Source: Cyanobacteria bacterium J06626_4
GTDB lineage: Bacteria > Cyanobacteriota > Cyanobacteriia > Phormidesmidales > Phormidesmidaceae
Direction of reading: 5' to 3'
Assembly: GCA_038523235.1 (NCBI GenBank)
Contig: JBCBJQ010000010.1
Span: forward strand, 44,124-108,123
DNA length: 64,000 nt
Part shown: positions 18,297-29,232 of the stretch, in pieces
Layout of the letters: every line of letters starts with the position of its first letter
Position numbering within the stretch: position 1 is the stretch's first letter
Notes under the pieces: generated by a model
Databases searched by the model: none
Told to the model about the DNA's origin: nothing
What the model saw: only the letters and a program-made list of their open reading frames with translations
Position numbers and translations under genes: made by a program

Positions 18297-19808
18297 TTAT
18301 TGCCAGTGGGGCGGCGTGCGACCATAGAGCCGAATTAACTCACGCAATCGTTCGCGCAGTTCACCGGTTAGCATCTCAGGGCGATACCGCCAGGCCCAGT
18401 TGCCGTCGGCTTTACCGGGCGAATTCATGCGGGCAAAGCTGCCTAAGCCCAGCACATCTTGCAGCGGCACGATCGCTTGATTGGCGATCGAACTCAACGC
18501 CAGGCGAATCATGCTCCAGTGAATGCCGTCACCGCTGAGACCACCGACATAACGTAGGGTGCGATCGCGCTCATATTCTGACGCCTGATCAAACCAACCC
18601 ACCGTCGTGTCGTTGTCGTGAGTACCGGTGTAGATCAGGCAATTGCGCACGCAGTTAAAGGGTAGATAGGGGTTAGAGGCATTGTCCCCAAAGGCAAACT
18701 GTAGAATTTTCATGCCGGGAAAGCCAAACTGGTCGCGCAGCGCCTCGACCTCCGGTGTAATGACCCCGAGATCTTCGGCCAAGATCGGCAAACTGCCAAA
18801 CTCCGCCTTTACTGCATTAAAAAAGGCTTCGCCCGGCGCTTCGATCCACTCGCCATTCAGCGCCGTCTTTTCGCCTTCGGGCACGGCCCAATAGGCCTGA
18901 AAGCCGCGAAAATGATCAATCCGGGTCAGATCGACATATTCCAACAGGGCCTTGATGCGCTGCAGCCACCAGCTGAAGCCCGTTTTTTGTAGGGTCTCCC
19001 AGTTATAGGTAGGGTTGCCCCACAGCTGCCCGGTTGCGCTGAAATAATCAGGGGGTACGCCCGCCATTTCGGAAGGCTCTAGCGTTTCCTCATCGATCAT
19101 AAAATTCTCCGGAAACGCCCACACGTCGGCACTGTCGTGGGCGACATAAATCGGCATATCGCCCACCACCTGAATGTGGCGATCGTTGGCATACTGCTTG
19201 AGCGCTGCCCACTGGCGATAAAACTCAAACTGGAAATACTTGTGCTCAGCGATCAGACCTGAGAGCTTGTCATGCCAGAGCGCCATTGCCGGGGCTTCCC
19301 GCCGGGCCAAGGCCGGTTCCCACCGACTCCAGCTGGCCCCGCCGTTTGCCTTTTTTAACGCCATAAAGAAGGCATAGTCATCCAGCCAAAACGCTCGCTC
19401 TTGGCAAAACTGCTCATACTTTGTGCGCGTCTCTTTATCGGTGGACGCACTAAAGGCCTCAGCCGCTTTTTCTAACAGCTGCAGCTTGGCGGGCAAAACC
19501 CGGCCATAATCGACCGCATCTTCGGGAAAGTGGGGAAATGCCTCCAGATCGGCTTGAGTCAACAAGCCCACATCCTGCAGGTGCTCAAGACTGATGAGCA
19601 TGTGGTTGCCCGCCATCGCGGAGTAAGACATGTAGGGAGAGTTGCCGTGACCCGTCGGGCCGATCGGCAAAATCTGCCACATCTGCTGACCCGTCTCAGC
19701 CAAAAAATCGACAAACTCGTAGGCCATCGGCCCGATATCGCCCATTCCAAAGGGGCCAGGCAACGAGGTGGGGTGCAGGAGAATACCACTAGCGCGCTGA
19801 AAAGGCAT
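18297..19808 (-). CDS. malQ: 4-alpha-glucanotransferase (GH77)
   Basis: RASGILLHPTSLP, GVPPDYFSATGQLWGNP, RIDHFRGF, AEDLG, YTGTHDNDT. Confidence 0.95.
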   Translation of the reverse strand: MPFQRASGILLHPTSLPGPFGMGDIGPMAYEFVDFLAETGQQMWQILPIGPTGHGNSPYMSYSAMAGNHMLISLEHLQDVGLLTQADLEAFPHFPEDAVDYGRVLPAKLQLLEKAAEAFSASTDKETRTKYEQFCQERAFWLDDYAFFMALKKANGGASWSRWEPALARREAPAMALWHDKLSGLIAEHKYFQFEFYRQWAALKQYANDRHIQVVGDMPIYVAHDSADVWAFPENFMIDEETLEPSEMAGVPPDYFSATGQLWGNPTYNWETLQKTGFSWWLQRIKALLEYVDLTRIDHFRGFQAYWAVPEGEKTALNGEWIEAPGEAFFNAVKAEFGSLPILAEDLGVITPEVEALRDQFGFPGMKILQFAFGDNASNPYLPFNCVRNCLIYTGTHDNDTTVGWFDQASEYERDRTLRYVGGLSGDGIHWSMIRLALSSIANQAIVPLQDVLGLGSFARMNSPGKADGNWAWRYRPEMLTGELRERLRELIRLYGRTPPHWQ

Positions 19809-19985
19809 GGCCTCTCCCATAACATCCCATAGACTTTAACATGGGGATTCTATGGAATACGTGCACAAAAGAGAGATGTGGAGCGAAAAATTTTAGCCGC
19901 TGTAAAATGGCGCATTTTCCTGACCGATCGCCGCCAGACTCGCCTATCGTGATGACCAGAAAGTTTTGTCGTTGATGCTTGCCCT

Positions 19986-20414
19986 GTGACCTACCGCAAC
20001 CCAGCTCCTACGGTCGATATCATTATTGAGCTGCGCGATCGCCCCCATCGCCCCATTGTGCTGATCGAGCGCCGTAATGAACCCTTTGGCTGGGCGATTC
20101 CCGGTGGCTTTGTCGACTATGGCGAATCGGTCGAAGCGGCGGCTGTGCGCGAAGCTTTAGAAGAAACTCAGCTAGCAGTAGAGCTGATCGAACAGTTCCA
20201 CGTTTACTCCGATCCGCGCCGCGATCCGCGCAAACATACGCTCAGCATTGTCTTTTTAGCCTGTGCTAAGGGCACGCCCGTCGCCGATGATGACGCCAAA
20301 GCGATCGCGCTCTTTAATCCCTGGGAAGTGCCGACCCAGCTCTGCTTTGACCACGATCGCATTTTGCAAGACTATTGGCGCTATCGACACTATGGGATAC
20401 GCCCTCAGCTATAG
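19986..20414 (+). CDS. NUDIX hydrolase
   Basis: Nudix box [28 protein letters not shown] motif. Confidence 0.9.
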   Translation: MTYRNPAPTVDIIIELRDRPHRPIVLIERRNEPFGWAIPGGFVDYGESVEAAAVREALEETQLAVELIEQFHVYSDPRRDPRKHTLSIVFLACAKGTPVADDDAKAIALFNPWEVPTQLCFDHDRILQDYWRYRHYGIRPQL

Positions 20415-20453
20415 CGGGTGGCACACGGTGTAGACGGCCACGTCAGGGCTGGT

Positions 20454-21779
20454 TCAACTCACGACAGCGCCATATAGATCGTAGACGTCTGCTGATTCGA
20501 GGCGAACTTGGGCGACTTGACCGAGGGCAGCAGCCCCTTTGAGATAGATCAAACCATCCACGTCAGGGGCAAATCGTGCTGATCGCCCAATCATTTCTCC
20601 CGTGGTGGGGTTTACCTGCTCAACGAGCACGTCTACAGTTTTGCCCACCTCAGCCTGGTTGCGCTGGAGCGAAATTGGTTGCTGAGCCTGCATCAGGCGA
20701 TCGCGGCGATCGTCCATCACGGCCTGATCGATCTGATTGGGCAGCGTGGCTCCGGGCGTGCCTTCTTCAGCGGAATAGGTGAAGACGCCAACGTGGTCAA
20801 ACTCGTGACGCTGCACAAAGGCCAGTAAATGCTCGAACTGCTCCTCCGTCTCGCCGGGAAAGCCGACGATAAACGTAGTGCGCATCACGGCGTTTGGCAG
20901 CGCCGCTTTGATGCGATGGATGATGTCGTCGTTGACGCGCCCCTGCCAGGGTCGGTTCATCGCCCGCAATACGTCCGGGTGAGAATGCTGCAGCGGTAAA
21001 TCTAAGTAGGGCAGCACGTTGGGCACGTCTTTAATGGCGGTGATCACCGCCGGGGTCAACCCCGTGGGATAGGCATAGTGCATGCGAATCCATGGGATGT
21101 CGACTTCGCCGAGAGCGTACAGCAGCTCCGCTAGCTGCGGTTTGCCGTAGAGGTCAACGCCATAGTTAGTGGTGATTTGGGAGATGAGCACCAGTTCTTG
21201 AACGCCTTCGCTGGCCAGCTGCTGGGCTTCGGCCACGATCGACTCAATGGAGCGCGATCGCTGATCGCCCCGCAGATGCGGAATAATGCAAAACGCACAG
21301 CGGTAGTTACAGCCCTCGGCCACTCTGAGGTAGGCGGTGCCTTCGGCAGTGGTGCGATAGCGGGGTAGCGTTTCATCGGCAATGTAGGTGGGCTCGGCGG
21401 AAACGGCTTTGACGCGTTCGCCCGCCTCAGCCCGCTCAATCACGTCCACAATTTTGTGATAATCGCCAGTGCCGACTAGCGCTACCGCTTCCGGAATTTC
21501 CTCCAGCAGCTCGTCCTTGAAGTGCTGGGCCAGGCAGCCGGTAATTACAATTTTCTTGTCGGCTTCGGCGAGTTCGACCAAGGTGCGCACCGACTCTTGG
21601 CGGGCGGACTCAATAAAGCTGCAGGTATTGACGATGACGTAATCGGCCAGCTCTTCATTGGCATCCACGCCATAACCTGCCTGCACCAACAATCCCAGCA
21701 TGTGCTCAGTGTCCACTCGATTCTTTTCGCAGCCTAAGTGCGTGACAGCAATGGTGGGACGGGTAGCGGCAACAGTCAT
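20454..21779 (-). CDS. rimO: Ribosomal protein S12 methylthiotransferase
   Basis: [22 protein letters not shown], radical-[12 protein letters not shown]-terminal TRAM with APDVDG; ATG at 21779 likely. Confidence 0.93.
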   Translation of the reverse strand: MTVAATRPTIAVTHLGCEKNRVDTEHMLGLLVQAGYGVDANEELADYVIVNTCSFIESARQESVRTLVELAEADKKIVITGCLAQHFKDELLEEIPEAVALVGTGDYHKIVDVIERAEAGERVKAVSAEPTYIADETLPRYRTTAEGTAYLRVAEGCNYRCAFCIIPHLRGDQRSRSIESIVAEAQQLASEGVQELVLISQITTNYGVDLYGKPQLAELLYALGEVDIPWIRMHYAYPTGLTPAVITAIKDVPNVLPYLDLPLQHSHPDVLRAMNRPWQGRVNDDIIHRIKAALPNAVMRTTFIVGFPGETEEQFEHLLAFVQRHEFDHVGVFTYSAEEGTPGATLPNQIDQAVMDDRRDRLMQAQQPISLQRNQAEVGKTVDVLVEQVNPTTGEMIGRSARFAPDVDGLIYLKGAAALGQVAQVRLESADVYDLYGAVVS

Positions 21780-22086
21780 AAGCAATCTAGAAATTTCTCG
21801 CAGAGGGGTCGCGGTCAAGCAGGCACAACATGATGCTATTGCAGGGCTCATGCAAACCCCTTGCTGGCATCAAATTGGACAAGCCGAATCGATTTTTGGG
21901 TTTACCAGTCTTTCATCGTAAAGGCTGGGTGGCATTTTGTGGGGGCCGCGATTTCCCAGTCCACCCTGGGTTGCAAAAGGAACCGCAAGAATGAGAGCGC
22001 TTGGGGTAAATTGGGTTAGTGGCACAGCGACTTTAGGGCGCTTTGCTAGATAAGCGATTTAGTCTTCGCATTCGAGACCAGTTCAC

Positions 22087-22932
22087 GTGAGTTTAACGAC
22101 TATTTTTAAGGCCACAACGCCCGTGATCGGGGTCGTCCATCTCTTGCCCTTACCCACTTCGCCAAGGTGGGGCGGCGATCTGCAAAGGGTGATTGACCGG
22201 GCCGAGCAAGAAGCGACAGCGTTGGCCTCTGGGGGCGTCAGTGGCATTATTGTGGAAAACTTTTTCGACTCCCCCTTTCCCAAGGATCAGGTCGATCCGG
22301 CTGTGGTGAGTGCGATGAGTTTGATTGTGCATCGCCTGCAGCAGCTGGTGGCAGTGCCGGTCGGCATTAATGTGCTGAGAAACGATGCTCGCAGCGCCAT
22401 GGCGATCGCCACCTGCGTCAACGCACAATTTATTCGCGTGAATGTATTGACTGGCGTGATGGCAACAGATCAGGGGCTGATCGAAGGCTGTGCGTACGAG
22501 CTGTTGCGGTATCGTCGGGAACTCGGCAGCGAGGTCAAGATTTTGGCCGATGTGCTGGTCAAACATGCCCGCCCCCTCGGCTCACCGAATCTCACCACCG
22601 CTGTGGAAGAAACGATTCAGCGCGGCTTGGCTGACGGCATCATTCTCTCTGGTTGGGCTACCGGCAGTCCACCCAGCTTAGAGGATTTGGAACTGGCGAA
22701 AACCGCTGCTAAGGACATTCCCGTTTTCATCGGCAGCGGCGCTAATTGGGAAAATATTGGCAAACTGATTCAGTCGGCGGATGGGGCGATCGTGGCGAGT
22801 TCGCTCAAGCGCAAGGGCGATATCAATCAGCCGATCGATCCGATTCGAGTGCGTCAATTTATCGAGTCTTTAGAAGCCGGTGTCTCTATTCGTGAATCAG
22901 CAACGGAGTATCGACCGGTTACGGCGGTCTAA
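22087..22932 (+). CDS. btpA: Photosystem I biogenesis protein BtpA
   Basis: IGVVHLLPLP, VENFFD, GINVLRND, ADVLVKHA, GSGA motifs. Confidence 0.92.
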   Translation: MSLTTIFKATTPVIGVVHLLPLPTSPRWGGDLQRVIDRAEQEATALASGGVSGIIVENFFDSPFPKDQVDPAVVSAMSLIVHRLQQLVAVPVGINVLRNDARSAMAIATCVNAQFIRVNVLTGVMATDQGLIEGCAYELLRYRRELGSEVKILADVLVKHARPLGSPNLTTAVEETIQRGLADGIILSGWATGSPPSLEDLELAKTAAKDIPVFIGSGANWENIGKLIQSADGAIVASSLKRKGDINQPIDPIRVRQFIESLEAGVSIRESATEYRPVTAV

Positions 22933-23038
22933 ATTCCTCTCTGAGGTTCCAGAAGTCGCCCACACAAGCTCAGCCGATTCGGTCGGGTCAGCCACGGATG
23001 ACGTTGACCTTACCGCCTGCGGCACCTCTCCTTCATCA

Positions 23039-23200
23039 AACCTGAGTTCGGGATAAGGGCATCAGGCACACTCCCCCATCTGTTGAGGTGACTGCCAACG
23101 ACAGTGTGGGTGTCGATCCTCCCGCTGAGAGGTGTTCAACCCACCCCATTAGCCCCTCCCCAGAGGGGAAAGAAACAGGGTTTGGCTTCACCCGAACTGG
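23039..23200. repeat. MITE/REP-like intergenic element
   Basis: Imperfect inverted ends aacctgagttcgggataag ... cttcacccgaact with internal palindrome cccctcccagagggg. Confidence 0.5.
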
Positions 23201-23203
23201 CAA

Positions 23204-26110
23204 TCAAGGAGAGGTGTGGCCACTTGATTTAGGCAGCGAGGCGCGTTGCCGGTGCGATCGCAGCACTATCCACCCTAAGATGACTCCGATGAACAGTATG
23301 GCCAAGGGCGTGCCGTTTTCAGGCACCGAGACATTGAGCGGATCACCAGGGTCGGTGAGGGTGTCTTCACCGGTTTCGATCTCGCGGTCAAAGCGACTGA
23401 GGTCGTTTTCGGCGGCTTTCAGGGCTTCGCGCTGGCGATCGTTCACCAGCACCAGCATGGAGGAATAGGGCGTGACGATTTCGGTACGCTTGGCGATCGC
23501 ATGCAGCTCATCCAGCGCGGCAATTTGAGTGACGTCGCGATGGCGACTCAGCCAGCGAATTGCCTGCCGCGCTGCCAAGGCAGTAAAATCGCCATCGGCC
23601 TTAGCCGTGGTGGCCGCAGTCCCAGTGGGAGTCGCCGCGATCGCCCACTGATAGCCATCCATGACAGTGCCCGCCGTTTGCTGCTCAACGGCAAAGCGGT
23701 TGGTCGCCTCGGCCAGTGTCGTCGCTACCCCACCGCGAGAATCGGCCAGATGTTGCTGCAGTGCGTCGGCGTAGGCGGTCGGCACATCGCCCCCCAAATG
23801 CACCAGCCAGAGCGAGCCGGGCAGGATTGGCACCGTCGCCTGGTCAGCTTCGAGTTCGTAGTTGCCGGCGTCGGTGAGCACCAGAATAGCCTCGTACTCT
23901 GCGCCCTGCCGCAGACTATCGAGCTGCTGCAGCTGCTCCGTTAAAGACAGACTGCCGTAAAAGGACAGGTCGGCCACCGTGGGCGGCTGGTTGAGCTGCT
24001 GGGCAGGCATGCCGGTCTCAGAGGTGATGAACCAATCGACGGGATTATCAGCCGCGATCGCAGTCATCTCGGTTAGAGCCTGAGTCAGTTCAGCGGTGCG
24101 ATCGCCCATGCTGCGAGAGGTGTCAATCAACACGGCTAAGCGCTGATCGGTGAGGGGCACTGCGGGATTGGCGGCGATTGGCGTAGCCGAGACCTGATAG
24201 CCTTCCGCTAGGGTGGCCTGATGGATTTGTGGCGCAGCTACCACCTGAGCAGGAATGGCCGGTTCGTACCAAACATCGTCGGCATCTTTGAGTTTTTGAC
24301 CCAGGCGACGACGTTCGGTTTTTGGCGTCCAGTAGAGGTTCCGCTTTTCGGTGAGTTGCGGCAGCGGCCAACCGCCCGCCTGTTGAGGCACCTGATAGGT
24401 CATCCATAGATGGGTAATACCGGGATTGCCCCAGCTCACCCGTCGGGGAATGGGAAACACCCGCAGCCGATATTGGCGGGGGCCAACCTGTTCTAGCAGG
24501 GCCGGATCTTCGGCGATGCTCAGCCGTTCGGCGCGTTCGATTTCCTGCTTATAGACCTGCTGCGCGGCCCCTCGGGGTGACACGACAAAGGGATAGCGTT
24601 CGGCGAGGTCGGCTTCCCCTAGCCAGATGCCCGTGATGGCAGCACTTTCAGGCAGCGAGAATTGATAAACGATTTCCTGCGCGTCGGTCGTAAAGTTTTC
24701 GTAGCGTTCGTAGAGGGTGACCTCGGCCCAGTCGCCTGCTGGCTTAACCGTGACCTCTTGCTGAGCTAGGGCGACGACGCGATCGGTGATGTTGAGCAAC
24801 CCGGCGGCGATGCCGTCCCGCTGCACGGTCGATTCCAACGCATGTTGAATGGCTTCAGACTCAGCCTTTTGAATCGGCGTGTCAAAAAAGTCGGCATAGA
24901 GCTGGGCGGCGTTTTCCACATCGTCGCGATCGCCGCGATACAAAAACGGCGACATCAAGGTGTTGTGCCAGTTTTGCAAGACCTGAGCCTGATCGCGCGT
25001 CAGGGGCAACACATTGGGATACCAGTTGGCCAAGCGGTTGGCCCCTTGCCAGGTGCTGAGGTAGCGATAGCGCTGCAGATAGGCGTTGAGCAAGCCTACC
25101 CGAATTTGGGGCGACTGCTGGGTCAGGGCCTGTCGGGCCGCAATCGAGGTGGGCGGCTGCTCTAGCAGCGCCAAGGTGTTCACCTGCGGCTGCGGCGACG
25201 TCAGCACAAACCCGGCACTTAATCCGGCGATGACGCTGCCGGTGATGGCCCACGCCTGCCAAGCCCCAAACTGCTGACTAAACGCATGGCGAATGCGCCG
25301 CCACGATTGGGTAAACGTGAATACTAGGGCATAGGGGAGGCCCACAAATAAGGTGGCGCTAAAGCCGGCTAGGGCAAACAGGCTGAGCACCATGACCGAA
25401 GAAAACGCTCCGACGAGCAAAAACTCTATGAATTCAATCGGCCCCTGTGGAGTATTCGCCTGCCAGGACCATTGAATGTGTTGCCACAAAGCCCCCAGCC
25501 ATTCCAGCCGAATCAGGTCACCCAGCAGTGCCCACAGCAGCGGCACAGTATAGAACAGCAGCAGGCTACCAGCATAGGCACCCACAGCGAGTACGACGGT
25601 ATGCGCCACCATTTGAAAGCGGGCTAAGCCTTTGCTGTAGGCGGCGTAGCCAAAGACCAGCTCCAGGGCCATCGTGGCGATCGCGATCGCGCCTGCCACC
25701 ACAATCAGCGTGCTGGCGGGTGTCAGCTCGCGCAAGATAAACATGCGCAGGATGCTGAGCGCCATGATCGGCGCTTCGACCCCGTAAAACAACCGCATCA
25801 GCGAGGTGGGATGCTTCCGCAGCTTGACCAGACCCACCCCGGCGCAGACGGGCGGTACCGCTAAAAATGCCAGCAGCGGTACCACGAAAGGAAATGGCAC
25901 CTGTCCCGTCACCAAAGCCCCAATCAGCGGCACCCCAATAAAGGGCATAAAGCCCAGATAGACGACCATCAAAAAGAGGCCGTTCCAGGACCAAAAGATG
26001 CTGTGGCAAGAAAAACTCAGCAGAAACCGCCACCAGCGCTGACGCGGTGCTGAGCGGACTTGTCGCCACGACGATTGCAGGGTCTGAGAGAGCAAAAGCA
26101 ACGAGTTCAT
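23204..26110 (-). CDS. PEP-CTERM integral membrane protein (TIGR02921-like) with VIT and VWA-like domains
   Basis: Multi-TM N-terminus; FSLPESAAITGIWLG / DPALLEQVGPRQYRLRVFP (VIT-like); DTSRSM MIDAS-like motif; C-terminal VPEN-TM-basic tail. Confidence 0.82.
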   Translation of the reverse strand: MNSLLLLSQTLQSSWRQVRSAPRQRWWRFLLSFSCHSIFWSWNGLFLMVVYLGFMPFIGVPLIGALVTGQVPFPFVVPLLAFLAVPPVCAGVGLVKLRKHPTSLMRLFYGVEAPIMALSILRMFILRELTPASTLIVVAGAIAIATMALELVFGYAAYSKGLARFQMVAHTVVLAVGAYAGSLLLFYTVPLLWALLGDLIRLEWLGALWQHIQWSWQANTPQGPIEFIEFLLVGAFSSVMVLSLFALAGFSATLFVGLPYALVFTFTQSWRRIRHAFSQQFGAWQAWAITGSVIAGLSAGFVLTSPQPQVNTLALLEQPPTSIAARQALTQQSPQIRVGLLNAYLQRYRYLSTWQGANRLANWYPNVLPLTRDQAQVLQNWHNTLMSPFLYRGDRDDVENAAQLYADFFDTPIQKAESEAIQHALESTVQRDGIAAGLLNITDRVVALAQQEVTVKPAGDWAEVTLYERYENFTTDAQEIVYQFSLPESAAITGIWLGEADLAERYPFVVSPRGAAQQVYKQEIERAERLSIAEDPALLEQVGPRQYRLRVFPIPRRVSWGNPGITHLWMTYQVPQQAGGWPLPQLTEKRNLYWTPKTERRRLGQKLKDADDVWYEPAIPAQVVAAPQIHQATLAEGYQVSATPIAANPAVPLTDQRLAVLIDTSRSMGDRTAELTQALTEMTAIAADNPVDWFITSETGMPAQQLNQPPTVADLSFYGSLSLTEQLQQLDSLRQGAEYEAILVLTDAGNYELEADQATVPILPGSLWLVHLGGDVPTAYADALQQHLADSRGGVATTLAEATNRFAVEQQTAGTVMDGYQWAIAATPTGTAATTAKADGDFTALAARQAIRWLSRHRDVTQIAALDELHAIAKRTEIVTPYSSMLVLVNDRQREALKAAENDLSRFDREIETGEDTLTDPGDPLNVSVPENGTPLAILFIGVILGWIVLRSHRQRASLPKSSGHTSP

Positions 26111-26538
26111 CGGTGTTGCCAGGGGTAAAAAATAGTTGTCTACAGGATGGCTGCTGTTCTGGCCTAATGCCTAGGTCGATCGGGTCGGATTAAGTCGGGG
26201 AAGGTAAGCCATGACACTCGGGGCATACAGTCTTTTTTCAACTGCAATCAGCTCAGTTCCGCAAAGGTTGAGATGAATCGGTCTGATCCCTTAGCCGCCT
26301 GGGTCTGCCCCCTCTCGGGGAGATGGCAGCGAGTTGCCCCCAGCTGAGGGCTCACGCGCTGGCACCCACAACTGCGTCAGGCCTGATAGCCTGTCTGATG
26401 GCTCCCGCGTTGGCCAGTCCGACGCGGGCTGGGATAGCTCCGGCTGCAACCGTTTATCAACAACAGCGCTCTGGCACTGCGGTGCTTAAAGAAAGGGCCT
26501 GCTGGTGCCATGGCAACCCAATGACACCAGCAGTACCA

Positions 26539-26961
26539 TCAGCTGTCGGTTAATGATGGTAGATGCTTGTTCTTTAACCGTGACGAGGTCAAGACGGATT
26601 TTGTGGCCAGTACGATCGCCAGCTCTGCGGTCAGGGCATCTTCGGCGCGATACGCTTCCCACGTGCCCGAATCAAAACAGCCGATGCGCCAATGGCCACA
26701 CATATAGCTGCCATCTTCAGTCAACGTCCCGCTATAGCGGATCGGGCTGGGCGAAGACATCAAATAGCGCTTGACGAAAAAAATGCGGTTGCCCAATAAT
26801 TCGCCTGTGATCCAGGCTTCACCTAAATAGTTGGCATCCAAAATACGCCCATCTAAAATATTGCCCCCTTGAACGAGGGTGGCGGCAAATTGTGTGGGGT
26901 GTCCGGCTTGCCAATAGGTGCCGCACCAATCTCCACTCATGTTGATAGCGATGGGGGTCAT
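26539..26961 (-). CDS. Hypothetical protein
   Basis: SGDWCGTYWQ...FVKRY...YSGTL...GHW...SGTWEA pattern resembling a conserved cyanobacterial family; start uncertain. Confidence 0.7.
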   Translation of the reverse strand: MTPIAINMSGDWCGTYWQAGHPTQFAATLVQGGNILDGRILDANYLGEAWITGELLGNRIFFVKRYLMSSPSPIRYSGTLTEDGSYMCGHWRIGCFDSGTWEAYRAEDALTAELAIVLATKSVLTSSRLKNKHLPSLTDS

Positions 26962-27519
26962 ACGTCTGCGTTCAAAGGAAATCAAAAGTTTGGGTCGGTT
27001 GGGATGCGGCATCGAGTGGTCATTGGCCCCGTACCCTGAAGGGGGCGAGTCCCAATTTCAGGCAGTCGGCGAAGCGGGAGGCATGCAGTCTTTTGGGCCT
27101 ACCCAAGAGGAACCTACCCAAGTGATCCCCAGCCTCCTATCCAGCTGCTGCACCGGTTTCAACGCCGCCTTGCGCCAGGGCTGCATGCTCGATCAAGAGA
27201 TTCCAAAAGAGACGTGATCAGCACCAAGTTAGATGCCAGACAGTCTCGATATCAGCGACAGTCGGGCCACTGATCTGGGTGGAGATCGCCAAGGCTCAGC
27301 GCAAATTCTAGCGTTGGGCTAGGCATCTGTGTGCAGGGCTCGGCCCTTACCCAACATTTTCAGGTTAAATACGTTCTCGATCTGGGGCACGGTTCAACCC
27401 AAATAGTCGGCACCCGATTTATAAGTGCTTGCCTAACGGCGCTGAGCGACTCAGATCCTCATCTCGGTATAAACCCCAGGCCAGTAGGATAAATAAGAAG
27501 ACTTGCGAATTGGTTCACC

Positions 27520-28356
27520 ATGAGACTGTACGTAATTTCGGCTTTAGTGATAGCGTTCCTTGCTATCTTATTCGCGCTGCAAAACACTAATCTGGTGACA
27601 ATTCAACTTTTCTTGTGGGAATATCGACAATCTCTGGCGCTAATTTTGTTAGTCACCTTAGCGATTGGGGTGATTATTGGCCTGCTGGTATCCGTGCCGG
27701 CTCTCATTCGTCGTAACCTCAAAACCGCGCGCTTCCAAAAACAAGCCGACAGTCTCACCGACACCATTCAAGCCAAAGAGCAGGCGATCGCCACGGCCAC
27801 CCAAACGGCCTATACGACCCAGCGAAATTACGAAGAGCTGCTGCAATCGCTCGGCGTGCTTGATCCCGTCACCGGGCTGATTCGACAAGACTTGATGCCT
27901 CAAACGGTGTCGGCCCAGCTGACCCATTTTCAGAAGCGAGAAGAGGTGGCTCAACTCCCGGCGCTGAGTGTGCTCATATTCAAAGTGCTGCCCGTGCTCG
28001 AAGACGGCTATCCCCTAGAAGCGATGTTTGCCTCAGTGGCCGAGCTGCTACGGCAACGGGCGTCTTTGAAGACCTGGTTTTATAGCGATGGGCGTGGGCT
28101 GTTTGCCGCTACCTTGACGGGCCTCGACACCAAAGCCATGACCCACTACAGCGAAGAGCTACAGGCCGCAATTCTAGAGCATCCGCCCGTGTTGCCCACG
28201 GGCAAGACGATGGAGCTGGATGTCAGCGTCGGCGGCGCGATCGCCGAAACCCCCACCGTGATCGATGGTCACCAGCTCGTGCAAACGGCTGAAAAAGCCC
28301 TGGAAGAAGCGCTGCAACGCGGCCGCAATCGCGTCAGAATCTTGCAGGCCTCATAG
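27520..28356 (+). CDS. LapA/DUF1049 membrane domain fused to a degenerate GGDEF domain
   Basis: FALQNTNLVTIQLFLW two-TM LapA signature, coiled coil, then DPVTGL...VSVGGA...AEKALEEALQRGRNRV. Confidence 0.75.
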   Translation: MRLYVISALVIAFLAILFALQNTNLVTIQLFLWEYRQSLALILLVTLAIGVIIGLLVSVPALIRRNLKTARFQKQADSLTDTIQAKEQAIATATQTAYTTQRNYEELLQSLGVLDPVTGLIRQDLMPQTVSAQLTHFQKREEVAQLPALSVLIFKVLPVLEDGYPLEAMFASVAELLRQRASLKTWFYSDGRGLFAATLTGLDTKAMTHYSEELQAAILEHPPVLPTGKTMELDVSVGGAIAETPTVIDGHQLVQTAEKALEEALQRGRNRVRILQAS

Positions 28357-28493
28357 GATGAAGAAAAGGCTCTTTGCTGCGGCCTTTCTCTCTCAACCCA
28401 AGCTAAAATCAACGACTTGTCACCTCAGCGATTGCGCGATCGTGGGTGGCCAGCCCTCAACGGCTTTTCTGACCTGATAGGAGCATTAGTCCC

Positions 28494-29087
28494 ATTTACG
28501 CTCGCCCCCTCTCTCGACTCATCGAAGAACTCCAGAAGCTGCCCGGCGTGGGGCCCAAGACCGCTCAGCGGCTGGCGCTGCATCTGCTTAAACGACCAGA
28601 TGGTGAAGTGCAAGCCCTGGCCCAAGCCCTGATCGATGCCAAATCTCAGATGGGGTACTGCTCCATCTGTTTTCATCTATCGGCTGAGCCGGTGTGCGAT
28701 ATCTGCAAATCAACCAGCCGTGATTTGCAAACGCTGTGCGTTGTGGCTGATTCTCGGGATGTCATCGCACTGGAAAGAACCCGCGAGTACAAAGGCAGGT
28801 ACCACGTTTTGGGCGGGATGATTTCGCCAATGGATGGCATTGGCCCTGAGCAACTCAACATTGGGCCGCTAGTGCACCGAGTGAATAAAGAAAACATTCA
28901 GGAAGCCATCATTGCGATCAGTCCCAGTATCGAAGGCGACACCACCACCCTGTATTTGGGACAGCTACTCAAGCCGTTTACTAAAGTGACCCGCATTGCC
29001 TTTGGCTTGCCGATGGGCGGCGACCTGGAATATGCCGATGAGGTGACTCTGGCCCGTGCCCTCGAAGGTCGGCGGCAGCTGGACTAG
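28494..29087 (+). CDS. recR: Recombination mediator RecR
   Basis: [27 protein letters not shown], CxxC-CxxC zinc finger, Toprim region, [12 protein letters not shown]; start probably ATT. Confidence 0.92.
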   Translation: MYARPLSRLIEELQKLPGVGPKTAQRLALHLLKRPDGEVQALAQALIDAKSQMGYCSICFHLSAEPVCDICKSTSRDLQTLCVVADSRDVIALERTREYKGRYHVLGGMISPMDGIGPEQLNIGPLVHRVNKENIQEAIIAISPSIEGDTTTLYLGQLLKPFTKVTRIAFGLPMGGDLEYADEVTLARALEGRRQLD

Positions 29088-29112
29088 GTGAGCGCTCGCT
29101 CCCAGCTCTGCC

Positions 29113-29232
29113 TAATACCAATTCGCTGAATTTAGACTACACATCCCCAAAAGTGTGTAGCCCCCTTCGACAAGGGGGCAGCGACAGCGGGGGATCACCG
29201 ATCTGTAGCGCTATTTTGCAGAACTGGCATAA
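29113..29232. repeat. MITE/REP-like intergenic element
   Basis: Imperfect inverted ends taataccaattc ... gaactggcataa with internal palindrome cccccttcgacaaggggg. Confidence 0.6.
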
